A stretch of DNA of 64,000 nucleotides from Paraphysomonas bandaiensis. Taxonomy: Eukaryota > Protista > Chrysophyceae. The translations under genes were made by a program, and so were the position numbers. The stretch spans positions 573,593 to 637,592 of the forward strand of contig CBFFRP010000146.1 of NCBI GenBank assembly GCA_965644295.1. Direction: 5' to 3'. The notes beneath the pieces are model-generated. The model was not told where the DNA came from. It saw only the letters and a program-made list of their open reading frames with translations, and made no database searches. Positions 23,797-35,630 of the stretch are shown piece by piece (positions within the stretch are counted from its first letter, which is position 1; every line of letters begins with the position of its first letter).

Positions 23797-24603
23797 ATGT
23801 TCTACAAGCTTGTTTCTTTTGTTCTCCTTGGGACTGTAGCTGCCCACAGTGGACCTATTTGGGGTCACGGCGAGGATTGGGTAAATGCGAAATTAGAGAA
23901 GAACACCACCGCCCCCGCGACATGCATTCTAGGCACCCAGAATGGCTGCTCTACCTCTGTTTGTTCAGGCCTAACAAGGTATATATTATTCGAATGGCAC
24001 GTGTGTATTTTTCTTCCGTTTATTTTGTATTTATTTATCCTTTACCACGAAATCGAATACCTAATCTAACTGTATATTAGTCAAATTGTTTCGAAGCTGG
24101 AGTCGATGGGATACGATTTTAAATCGCTTGATTCGAGTTGGATTCATTGTTCTTCGCCATGTGTGAACCAGCTTCAAGCCTCAGCTGCCGATGCTTTGAA
24201 GTCTGCTGCTATGTCGAAAAACGATTACATCACACTCAACTCTGCATTCCGCTCCTCTGCTCAGCAATACCTGTTGTATAACTGGTATAACAAGGGTATC
24301 TGTGGTATTGGATTGGCAGCGACCCCTGGGACTTCCAATCATGAGGGTGGGCGGGCAATTGATACGTCCTACTATGACTATTGGCTCTCCACTCTGCAGT
24401 CCTACGGCTGGGTGCACTCATACCCTTCCTCTGACCCCGTGCATTTCGACTACACTGCAGCCAAGGATATTGCTCAGCAGAATCTCATTGCCTTCCAAAA
24501 GCTATGGAACAGTAACAACCCCTCAAACACAATTGCTGAGGACGGGATTTATGGACCAGATACCTCTAATGCCCTCTATAATTCCCCCTGCGATGGTTGG
24601 TAG
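23797..24603 (+). CDS. Secreted M15 Zn peptidase (VanY/endolysin-like) with C-terminal peptidoglycan-binding domain; intron 23979-24080
   Basis: Signal peptide MFYKLVSFVLLGTVAA; SAFRS..QQ.LY, PGTSNHEGGRAID (SxHxxGxAxD), DPVHFDY; FQKLWN...EDGIYGPDT..AL. The spliced frame joins correctly (GLTS|QIV). Confidence 0.9.
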
Positions 24604-26016
24604 AGAGCCTTATGTCGTATTATAACTGCTGAGTTTGGAATTCACTCAGAGTTTACGTTGAATTATTATCACTGGCGCTTGGCCGAAAAGTATATCTTAT
24701 ATGTCTTGGGCTCAGTATTTGCCACAATGCTATGGACATGTTTGCATTTCCACAAGTTAATAATGCCATTATTTTGATATGAAGAGCATTTGGCTATTCT
24801 TTTGAGCACTAGATATTCAGCAAAATAGTGTTTTTAAGAGGTATATTGCTATTGTTTCTTTTGTAGAATTCTGTCTCTTCTCTCTTCAATACAGCTTTTA
24901 CTTAAGAAGTCAATTTATGACTAGGTTATAACTAAAATCCATAGTAGTACGGGTGTGTCGTAAACGTAGAGATGCAATAAGTAATCTCGTAGCTAACATA
25001 AACATTGAATTCATAATTTTATTAAAAGCGTGTGTCAGAGTAAAAACATAAGTTTCCACTGGGAAGAAAAGCGGGTCAATTGGACTAACAGGGAAAGATT
25101 CAGTATCCACAAGTTTCACATACTAACATTCCCAAGTATCAGAAATAGATAAAATTGGGCGAGAAAAGCATGCAGTACTTAATATTCTAAGGGACCGAAA
25201 GAATGAATACGACTCATTCATTACTGGAGTTGGACCGAGGATCATATCTTTGTCAGCTGGTTGGCTTACTTTCAGTCCAGTGACATACCTTCGCATACCA
25301 AAAGCAAATCCGCCTTACCTATTCATTTAAATTAACCCCAACAAACATCAAGCGTCGCTTTCGACCTATAATCTAGAATACAATATCTCAGACCAGCTTA
25401 TTCTTCGGGTAGCAAAATGTTTGGCACAAGACATCAAGGTGCACCTCTAATAGCTGGAGATATAGTGTAGATGTGTGTCTATCTTATTGTTGAGATTAAC
25501 AATACACGAGTGGCATATTCAACCATGTCAGGTCACTACAGCTCAGTCATACGAGTGAGCGGCTAAAACTAAAGTTTTGTGGTGTGATTCTGCTTATTTA
25601 GAGTACTTGTGTGATATGTGCACTGCGTAATCATAGGGCAGACCACTGATAGCACACCCTCCTCCCAGCCGATGTGCTGAGCTGTGCTATGGCTATATGT
25701 GGGGATTGTTCTATTCTTTTTGTTTGGAACTGCTGTAGCTACTACCCCTGCATGCCCCATTATCAAGCAGGTCTTACCACACAGCAGCAGTACAGGCAGA
25801 GTGTTGGAGCGGACAAAAAATGTAGAACAGTTTTTCCAAAACCCTGACTTTTGTACATAATCGCACGTTTTTGTGTTAATTTTATCACCTACTCTATATA
25901 TTTCTACATACTCTACATCACATCTTGTGATTTCCACTCAATTCACTCTCCACAACTATCGACATCAGTCATTGTTAAACCAGCAACAGCACAATACATC
26001 CTGCCTTTTATTTAAT

Positions 26017-26994
26017 ATGCAACACGCTGATATATTAGCACTGGCCGGACTGCGCATAGATGGGCGCAGAAGTGATGAGTTAAGAAAGATAAAGTATAAA
26101 ATAGGCGTGGAGACTGATGCAGATGGATCCACTTATATGGAGCATGGCTTAAACAAAGTATTAGTTTTAGTACATGGACCTCGTGAGGAATCACGGTCCC
26201 GTGGAGCTGAAGGAATGGATAAGGTGTGATATTAATATAACGATCATTTGTGGCTAACTTGCTTTGCAGGGCTCACTAACGTGTCATGTCTGCCACACAC
26301 CATACTCAAGTATAGACCGCAAACCACGTAAAACAGTAAGATTATTTAATCCACGTTTATCTAGAAGGTTTATATTTTCGTTAGGTTGACAGGCGGACAC
26401 AAGAAATGGAGGGAATTCTCCAGAGTACTTTCGCTAGTGTGGTGATGCTAGAGCTTTATGCCAAATCTCAAATCAATGTAGTTATTCACGTTATTGAGTC
26501 GGATGGGTACGAGGTGTTCATATGTATTTTTTTATTTACAGATTCTTGTATAGGTCCGTGGTGTGTACAATTATGAACGCAATTACCCTTGCTTTAATGG
26601 ATGCTGGAGTGGCGATGACTGACATGGTTACGGCATGTTCAGTAGGTAGGCAACGATTGCACGGTGTACTTAATCCTTATTTGAATGTATTAGGGTATGT
26701 CAAAAACGAGGTGTGTGTGGATCTCACTCAGGTAATTTAATATTGGATTGCTCCGCAGATATTTAATGGCTCATTTTGTCGCAGTTGGAGCAAAGCTCTG
26801 GAGTTTACCTGCCACTCGCGATTAAGGCAAGGAGTAAAGATGTTATATATTTTCAGCTAGACAGCAGACTATCACTTGAGAAGCTTCAGGTTGCCATGGA
26901 GAATGGTACGGAGGCGTGTGGGGAAATAAAAGTTCTTCTGGAAAGTGCCATAAAGGATATGATGTCAGACGTGAAACATCTTCAGCATGCATAG
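26017..26994 (+). CDS. RRP41: Exosome component RRP41 (RNase PH family), multi-exon
   Basis: GLRIDGRRSDELR, ADGSTYMEHGLNKVLVLVHGPRE, NAITLALMDAGVAM. Confidence 0.9.
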
Positions 26995-28204
26995 AATTTT
27001 TGATCGAGCCATAAATAAATTACAATGATTTTAAATTTGAATTTTTGTATTCTTTAGTGCACAGTCCCTGACTACTACAAATACATTAACCCTATTTTGT
27101 CTCAAGACGTGTTTATTATCCGGATTGGGTTCAACACAAAATATTAGCACTGGAAAAATATAGAAAAATAAGGAAGAAAATACCTTACATTAATTATGAT
27201 ATTGACTGTCCGCTGAGAGTGACTTTATTGCACTATTATAGGGAAAGCACTATGATGAGACCACTTTCAAGAGAAAGTTATCAAGCACTTCACGTTATTC
27301 TCTGTCCTTCGTCTGATGTAGTAAATCAGTATGATGTCAGTGGAAACAATACACCAAGAAGTTTGCTGGAGATTTCAAATGTCCTATTTGGAGCAGTTTG
27401 GCTTGTGCCTTTTAGGGTGTGGGTCAAGTAGTTGTCAAGATTGCTTATTTCATATCATACACTGTGTTATATAGTAATGCCAATAATTGTATACTTGGTA
27501 AGTAATTGCAATTACTGTACTGTCGTTGAATACCTCTCACCAGTCATTACAAAAACCTGATCCACACAGTATTATCGATGCGATATAGTACATATATGCG
27601 ATGGTGATGATGCCAATAACAAGAAGCCTCATTCGACCACAATTTTGAACAGTCATTAAAAAACTTACATCTGATATTCAATACCTTGCAGCTCGCAGTT
27701 GCATTTCCCTCAGTGTCCTCTGTGGAAGGGCCTGGTAAACATGAATGGGTCATATAATAATAGTGCCATTATAATTACCGGGAACTGTGGACCCATTAAT
27801 GAAACTTACAGGTGCTTGATATATACTGTGAATAATTAAGTTATTTTTAGACACATTATTATCTCTGTTCTTCGGAGAAACTCTAGACAATGTTCATGTA
27901 ACTCTACAGTTACTTTGTAGCATCTTTGTGCATTATCAGCGGCAAATCGTCGTCTAGAATCGTTGCTATTCTTACGTTGTGGGATACTAATACTCTCTAT
28001 GAAGCCATGCAAGAAAATCCTGATCAGCAAATGAGTGACAAGAATGGAGATGTGTCGCTACCATTCGTAGTAATGGGGGACCACACTATCTTGTTACCCA
28101 TTAATGGTTACCAGGCGCAGTTCTGTGGTACGGCTATATTATTATTTGTTGTAGCTATATATTGAGTCTTGTGGATTTATTGTTTTGGGTTAATCTAGTA
28201 CAAC

Positions 28205-28305
28205 TTCAATTCCCTAATGTATATATTTGATTGTGATAGTATTAAATTCGGGAAAAACCTATATCTCTTGCCAGCAAGCAAGCTGCATATAGCTATACAT
28301 TATAG
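28205..28305 (-). repeat. Short dispersed repeat
   Basis: Reverse complement (TATAGCTAT..GCAGCTTGCTTGCTG.CAAGA.A.ATAGGTTTT.CC...TTAGGGAAT) matches 41662-41780. Confidence 0.6.
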
Positions 28306-28905
28306 ATATAATAATTAGAAAAGTATCATCTCTTGTCCATATTTTAAAGTTAGGCTTGTTACCCCGTAAATGTATTTATCTCTACTATGAATTTATCCGA
28401 CGTTCCTACTACAAGTTAAATAATATATCGGTGCTACTTAATTTCAATACGGATCAACTCCTTTTTTAGTTTAGTAGGAACAAATGGAAAATTGAGTAGT
28501 AGATTTAAAGTTTAAAATGACACCGCTTGTTACCCTAGTTTCAAAAGTTTCCGCTCGGGGAAATGTAGCCTTCTTATAAGACTCATGGAAATATCGATTT
28601 CGCCATACCAATCTCACAAGTTTTCCATTTAATATTATTTTTGACTATCCTCATTTGTTATCATTTGGTGAATTGATGCCACATATGTTTATATCATTGC
28701 ATGATTGGAATTCAGAAATGACAAGTTGTCTAGCAAAATAGTAGCCAATAGGATATGTAAAACGAGAAATATTATTAATTTCATTCGACTTCAAGATCAG
28801 TTTTCGTGAATATGAAAACAACGTGTATTTGAGTTATCGTGATATATAAGAAGTGAGAGCAGTAACATAGTAAATAACTCCAAGCTCTTGATATAAAATG
28901 CAGAG

Positions 28906-30346
28906 TTATCGCTTCGTAAACTTAGCAGCCTCTTCACTTCCCTTTGTCGCATTTCCCTCGCTGTAGGCATGTGCCCCAGCTCCTGCAAGCTTTCCATTTT
29001 GCACAATCAGGTAGGGTGTCCTTTGGGGTCGCCCTGCATAGATTATCACGCATATACGCATATATATCACAATACAGTGCTATATATCTCACCAGCATAG
29101 AAATTTTCAAGAATTTCTCGGACTCCAGCAGCATAGCGAGTTTGTGCCGATAAGGTTGTACCGGAGGTATGTGGAGTCATTGCATGATAAGGCATGGTTC
29201 TCCATGGGTGGTCGTCGGGAGGAGGTTGAGGAAACCACACATCTCCTGCATATCCAGCTAGATGCCCACTCTTGAGACTTCTTGCAATGGCCTCACGGTC
29301 ACAAATTTTTCCCCGTGCAGTGTTTACTATATATGCGCCTCGTTTCATCTTCAAGAGCATTTTCTCATCAAATAAATTTTCAGTCTCTGGGTGCAATGGA
29401 CAGTTGATTGTAACAACGTCACAATGTGGAACCATATCAGCAGGTGATGCATGGAAAGTGAGATTCAACTCCTTCTCGACAGACTCCGGAAGTCGGTGGC
29501 GGTCACAGTAATGTAGTTTACAGTCAAAAGGATGAAGACGGCGCAACACGGCGAGGCCAATACGACCGGCAGCTACAGTTCCAACGTGCATGCCTTCGAG
29601 ATCATACGCTCGTTGAACACAGTCAGCTATATGCCAACCACCGTCAATAATAGTCTAATGTCAGGTGTTAGCACGATAACGAGGTAAAAGAGCCCAAAGT
29701 ACCTGGTAAGAGGGCATGTAGTTACGCACTAGAGCCAGAATGTGCATGACAACATGTTCAGATACGGAGATGGAGTTACAGAATGTCACCTCCATGACAT
29801 CAATTTTATTTTTCATTGCAGCAGCAAGATCTACGTGATCACTTCCAATACCAGCAGTGAGAGCAAGCTTCAACTTAGGAGCCATAGCAATACGCTCTGC
29901 TGTCAAGTAGAAAGGGTAAAATGGTTGACTGATAACAACTTCTGCATCATGAAGATGCTTCTCCATTTCGCAGTTCGGGCCATCCTTATCAGAAGTGACG
30001 ACAAGAGTGTGACCTTTGCTTTCTATTCCAATTATTCATGAGTTAGCTCTGATAAGTGTGTATAATAACAGTTACCTAGAAACTTTCTCAGTCCAAGTTC
30101 ACCCGAAACACACCCCAACAGATCTCCGGGATTGAAATCAATCGATTCAGGTGATGGAGCTGTTTGACCATCTGGATATTTGTCGATTGTTGGTATGGAG
30201 TCTCTCGCATACTTAGGAGGGTATCCTGTAGTGGGATCAGGATATAGAGCGACCACGACTTTGCCTTGGACAGCCCTCGCGGTATGAAAGGCACAAATCT
30301 GAGATGTGGGACGCCTCAGAGACTTGATCATAAGAGATGACAGCAT
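28906..30346 (-). CDS. fdh: NAD-dependent formate dehydrogenase, bacterial-type sequence with N-terminal leader, 3 introns
   Basis: [15 protein letters not shown]...[43 protein letters not shown]-terminus [17 protein letters not shown]. Confidence 0.95.
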
Positions 30347-30608
30347 ATTAATGTTGATGTATGCGGTGTTGGTGATATAGATGTATGAGAGGAACTGAAG
30401 AATGAAGTGATCAGAACATATGTGCATTCTGGATATGGACTCATGATATCTTGGGGAAGTGCTGTATCTTCAACAGTCAAACGATATTCTTTTTCATTTT
30501 CTTGTTATTGAAGATATCAGTTATACAACCGTATAACTGTGTATACAAGCGTATAATCTACTCTGCAACCTCCGTCTTTCACGTACGATGTATTGACCAG
30601 GAATGTAT

Positions 30609-30640
30609 ATCCGTAAACGGAAATATTGATCCGTAAACGG
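30609..30640. promoter_or_regulatory. Tandem ATCCGTAAACGG motif in the divergent fdh/cysH promoter
   Basis: Two exact 12-mers at 30609 and 30629, each a CCGT-AA-ACGG inverted repeat. Confidence 0.4.
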
Positions 30641-30960
30641 GACATTTCGTACGACACCCTGCAGTTCAATCCCACTGTCCATACAATACATGGAATACGA
30701 CGTAGGAATATCCCTCCCAAAAAAATGAAGATTCCATATTCGGTCAAGATTCGAAGTGAGGTCTGGTTTGTGTGGGTGGAGAAACGAATATTCACTTCAC
30801 TTGTGATGCACTGCATACCAACGAACTTAACTGGGAACATAACTTCCAGTAGTCAATCTCTTCATTATTTGATTATCTGAACTGCAAAAGCGGTTAGTTG
30901 TCTTGCATCACGCCAACTCTCGCATTCTTCTTTACTATCTATACCCTCTTTTTCTCCACG

Positions 30961-32376
30961 ATGAGCCAAGTTGCCACCAATGGGGCGGACTTCCCTAGTT
31001 TGGAGTTCTTTAGGTCAGGCTTGGGTCTGCCTCAAGAAATTGAGTCAGATAATTCATCAACAGACTCCAGTGACTATCCGTCACTCGAGTTCTTTCGATC
31101 GGGTCTGGGTATGAGAGGAGACGAGTCTCTTGATAACGCCTCTCGCGACTATCAGGAATCATTTAAGAAGTGTGCTGAGGAGCTCAAACATGCAGCTGAC
31201 TATAAAAGCAAAGTCATTGCAGCCAGAAATGCAGTGAAGTGGGCTGTTGACTTCTTCGGAGAGAGTTTGGTCATGAGCACCTCGTTTGGCATTCAATCTG
31301 CAGTGCTGTTGCATCTCGCGACCAGCGTTAAGAATGGCATTCCCACAGTCTGGATTGACACCGGATATCTACCTCCGGAGACATACCATTATGCTCTTCA
31401 CCTTAAAGAGATGCTACAGCTCAACCTGAAAGTCTACCAATCAGATATGACCCCCTCACACATGGAGGCACTGCATGGACGACTCTGGGAGAGTGAAAGT
31501 GCTGAAGACCGTCGTTTGTACGGACTTATTCGGAAAGTGTTGCCAATGAAGAAGGCCATGCAGGAATTAAACGTTAGATGTTTGATGGTGGGCTTGCGTC
31601 GTGGACAAACCGACCATCGGGCTCGATTGTCTATGCTTGAGGACACAGGTGAAGATGGGTGTAAGCTCTACCCACTTCTCAACTGGACCCCAGAAGATGT
31701 AGCGCAATACTTCGCGGAAAACTCACTTCCACCTCATCCGCTTTCTCTACAGGGATACACAACGGTTGGGGACGCACACTCCAGCAGACCAAGGACGGAG
31801 TCCGACCGCAGCGATAGAGATACTCGTTTTGGGGGCACTGGACAACAAGAGTGTGGGCTACACACTGAGGTTGGAAGCATCCAAGAGTTTGCTAGTCTTG
31901 CTGAAGGAGCACTTAAGAGCGCAATTTCAAATATTCCTTTGCCGCCCATGCCGCACACCCCATCTGATAGCATCTATACTGTCTATGGGCGTGTCAATTG
32001 CAAATATTGCCGAGCGAGCAAAGCATTGTTACAATCTCGGGGGCTAGATTTCGAAGATGTGACAGTGTTGAGAGAGCAGGATCGTGGCAACCTTCCATCA
32101 ACTGGTGTGATGACTGATCTTTCCTCTCTTGTGGCGGAAGTGCGTCGCGCTCGACAAGACCATACTTACAGCGTCACCACTGTTCCACAAGTGTTCCACA
32201 AGGGCCAGCATATTGGTGGGTACACAGAGCTCTGTCAGAGTCTTGAAGTATCTGACGCAGAAAGGGAGGAGCGCTTGGCTACAGCTAGCAACCCTAGCGC
32301 TACAAATGACGCCACATCCAGAACTAGCGAGAGCGCATCAGTTGAGATTAGTAGCGACAGTGGGGGAGAGGAGTAA
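30961..32376 (+). CDS. cysH: PAPS/APS reductase (CysH, no Fe-S CC motif) fused to glutaredoxin, intronless
   Basis: STSFG, IDTGYLPPETY, RKV, GLRRGQ, GYTTVGD, ECGLH; C-terminal YGRVNCKYC...TVPQVF..GQHIGGY. Confidence 0.9.
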   Translation: MSQVATNGADFPSLEFFRSGLGLPQEIESDNSSTDSSDYPSLEFFRSGLGMRGDESLDNASRDYQESFKKCAEELKHAADYKSKVIAARNAVKWAVDFFGESLVMSTSFGIQSAVLLHLATSVKNGIPTVWIDTGYLPPETYHYALHLKEMLQLNLKVYQSDMTPSHMEALHGRLWESESAEDRRLYGLIRKVLPMKKAMQELNVRCLMVGLRRGQTDHRARLSMLEDTGEDGCKLYPLLNWTPEDVAQYFAENSLPPHPLSLQGYTTVGDAHSSRPRTESDRSDRDTRFGGTGQQECGLHTEVGSIQEFASLAEGALKSAISNIPLPPMPHTPSDSIYTVYGRVNCKYCRASKALLQSRGLDFEDVTVLREQDRGNLPSTGVMTDLSSLVAEVRRARQDHTYSVTTVPQVFHKGQHIGGYTELCQSLEVSDAEREERLATASNPSATNDATSRTSESASVEISSDSGGEE

Positions 32377-33424
32377 CCCACTTCCTCTCTTTATCTATCT
32401 ACAATAATATTCGAACTGGAATCTGCTCGAACTGACTTATCTAATCACAGTTCAAGTCCTTTTTACAAATGTGTGGCTGCAGCTGTACAATTTTGATAGT
32501 GTTTTCTTGTATTCTAAATAGCATCTGTGGCATGTTGAAGTCGTGTTTGATATAATGGTTGCCTTGCCTTGTAGTTGGCACGGCAGTGTATTATATAATG
32601 TACAAAGACGTCTTACTCGTAGATGGCATGATGAAAAGCAGCCGTAATGTAATATACATGATAATATCTATATAATGCAAAGTGATATAATAATATTAAC
32701 GGCAATTTAGTATTTTACATCATGTTTTAATTTTGAATTCGTGAATATATTGAATAATGGGTTATGGATGCACACATGCTGAAGTGTAGCGAATACGTGA
32801 GGCACTGGGGTTTACAAGTTACTTATTGTTTATAGTGAACTCAATAAATGAATGATGTAGAGTGGGGATTAAAGAGTTCAACAACCTTCAAGTGCAATTC
32901 ACTAGTAAGGTCCACCAACCACCAAAGATTGCATGACTAATGAGTCGCATAACCAGCATTCCATCCATACTCCCTTCATCGGATGAAGTTCATCCAACTA
33001 TTAAAACGTAATAGCCTTCAATTCTATTGCTTTTTCGAATCACATTCTGAACTACAATGTTATCTGTTATCACAAGATGCCCATTTGCACCCAGCAACTT
33101 CAAGGTGTCTAGATGTCATTCGCTTGCGAAAACTAGTCAACAGTTTTAGCTCCCTGCTGAATAATAATTAAAGTGCTATACACATGCTTCGTAGAACGAT
33201 ATCGTGTTGACAGTTTTGTGAGTGCTTTCTTGCACTTTTGGTTGTCTGTCTGTTAGTGAAAGAATAGGTTTATAAATCTATAGAATACATTGGGGATTAA
33301 CCCGAGCGATATTGGCAACCAAGACCTAACACCCCCCACCCCCCTTCTGTTTACTGAATAAAAGTATGATATTATTTACCAACGCAAGGCCCATACACTG
33401 TAACCAAAGAGCATGTAGCCGTAT

Positions 33425-35084
33425 TTAACCCACAAGTATAATACTGTTCTGTACAGTAACGGAGTTGCCACTGAGGAATACCCTGTCGCCTTCACATCTG
33501 ACACGCACCCAACCACCACGCTGTGACTGCTGAAATCCCACCAAACTGCACAACTATTAGTACAATAAGGCATTGAGACAGTACAATACTTCACCTGCTA
33601 CATGCAAACTTCTGACTCCAGTAGGGAGCGAGCGTGCAATGTGCGCTACCAGTTACTGGATCCTCGTTGATGCCGTATCTGTCAACAAGGTGATATTCAT
33701 AGAAAAAATAAATAAATGACGTACCGTGGGAAAAATCCCCTCGATATAAAGTCCACTTCTGGCTCATCCTCGTACTTAGTGTTGTCTCCATCTACAGCGC
33801 ATACTCTCCTCAATGGCCCGCAGCAAGTAACCAATACTCCTCTTGTGTGCACGGACGCAACTTTATGAAAGTCGATCCCGCCGGACTTCAGGGAAGGAAT
33901 GGCTCTGAACGCACTGGGTGTCACCTCGATCACCAAGTCATCCACAGCTCGCCCAGTATATAGGACATCTACAGGGTTTATACCCAGCCCCTCACAGAGC
34001 AGCGCTGTTTCCAGTACCACGCTCTCAAGAGGAGGTGATGACGGGAAATCCAGCTCAACTAGCCAATCAGAATTATTTGTTCCAGAAAAGATTCGACGTG
34101 CAATGAGCTCTCCTCTATACTTGGAGCGAAAACAGATAGTATCAATGGGGTTCGACTTTTCGCTGCCAACGATGCCCTTCTCAAAGAGAACATGGGCTGT
34201 GGAAAGAGTCGCGTGACCGCAGAGCTCAACCTCCACTGTCGGTGTAAACCTTATAGTAGCAGATGTTAGCAGATGTAATACATAGAATCCACCACAAGAA
34301 AACATACCATCTGAGGTCATATACAGCCATTGCAGGCGCACGAGGGTCATCCAATACTGGCCGAATAAAAGCTGTCTCAGCTAGGTTATTCTCAGAGGCC
34401 ATGTTTTGCATCCATTCGTCAGAGCCCATTCCTAACACCACAGCGGCAGGGTTTCCTCTGAAAGGCTCCGTAGTGAAGGCATCAACCTGATATTGTCGCA
34501 GAAGCCGGCTGTGGGATAAGTCATGAGCCATTTCATACCACGGATCCTATCCCCATCAATACATTATACACGGAAAATATATATTAATAGCCTACCTCGC
34601 CATGAACGACGTCGGACAGCCCCACAAATGAGAATCCACATGAGATATAAAACTTTACCAATTGGATCTTGCATAAAAGCAACACTTTCGTTACACTTTT
34701 CATGTGTTTTATTTTTTCCAAATAAGACTTAAGCATAAATGTTGCATTCCCCATTCTTCTATAGGAAGATTGAACAGTGACTGAATGCACAACTAGTGTG
34801 GACCCCTCCGGCTCATGTCTCTCAAATGATTCGTGTGTTATAACCGGACTGGTCGTACAGGTGCCATTCACATATCCGATAATATCACCATTATTCTTAT
34901 CTTCATACACATAAAAGAAATCACTTGCTTCTTTTTGTCGCATAACTATTCCTTCAAGTGGGGCTTTTTCATCGGCTGGAAAGCTGTCCGCTTCGATCTC
35001 ATATATACGGCCTGTATCTTCGTACTTTGCTAGTCGTAATGACTGGGCAGCTAGTACTTCCTCTCTGTATGTGAGTAGTGACAT
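33425..35084 (-). CDS. GNAT (Paa1/AANAT-like) acetyltransferase fused to PhzF-family epimerase, multi-exon
   Basis: The GNAT exon ends HGE|, a 49-nt GT-AG intron spans 34547-34595, and the frame resumes DPWYEMAH..QVDAFT..GNPAAV, EVELCGHATL, EDPVTGSAHC; the last exon ends ILVG* at 33425. Confidence 0.82.
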
Positions 35085-35630
35085 ATCTTCTGGGTGTGTT
35101 GAAACAGGGTTATAGAATATGATTGCAATGAGAAGTGTTGCATATGATATATGGATGATCTATTCTCTACAGTCTACAGCAGTACAGCACTGCATACCGC
35201 AACTACACACATACACATACACATAGCTAAGGAGCGTGTTCTTATAGATAGGAGACAGAACAATACACAAGTGGACATATGGTACAGCAGTACAAGATGT
35301 GCAGTAGTACGAGTATACTGTACTCTGTACTTGGATAGGATGCCACATCTAGACATTAGAATACACAAGTACACACATCGATGCAGGAATACACTGTATT
35401 CCTAGTCGACATTTGAATTTCGGATTCAAACCACTCGATGGATTATCAATCCAGTGACTCCACAGGCGCATCATCACATCACAATCCACTCCTCGTCACG
35501 ACATATTAACTATATACAGAATAAACCATTTGTGCTCTCTCAAGCTTGTATATTCAGCTCACCAGTGACACTTGTATCCTGCATCGATTCTCTTCACAAC
35601 CACAGAGTTCTTCCTTTTCGATATATTAAC

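Noticed and set aside
21914-24603. Bacterial contamination of the assembly
   Set aside because: The M15 gene has a spliceosomal intron, and DUF2779 fragments are interleaved with intron-containing kinases.
27200-28170. Short ORFs possibly from a decayed gene or TE
   Set aside because: No recognisable motif or consistent frame.
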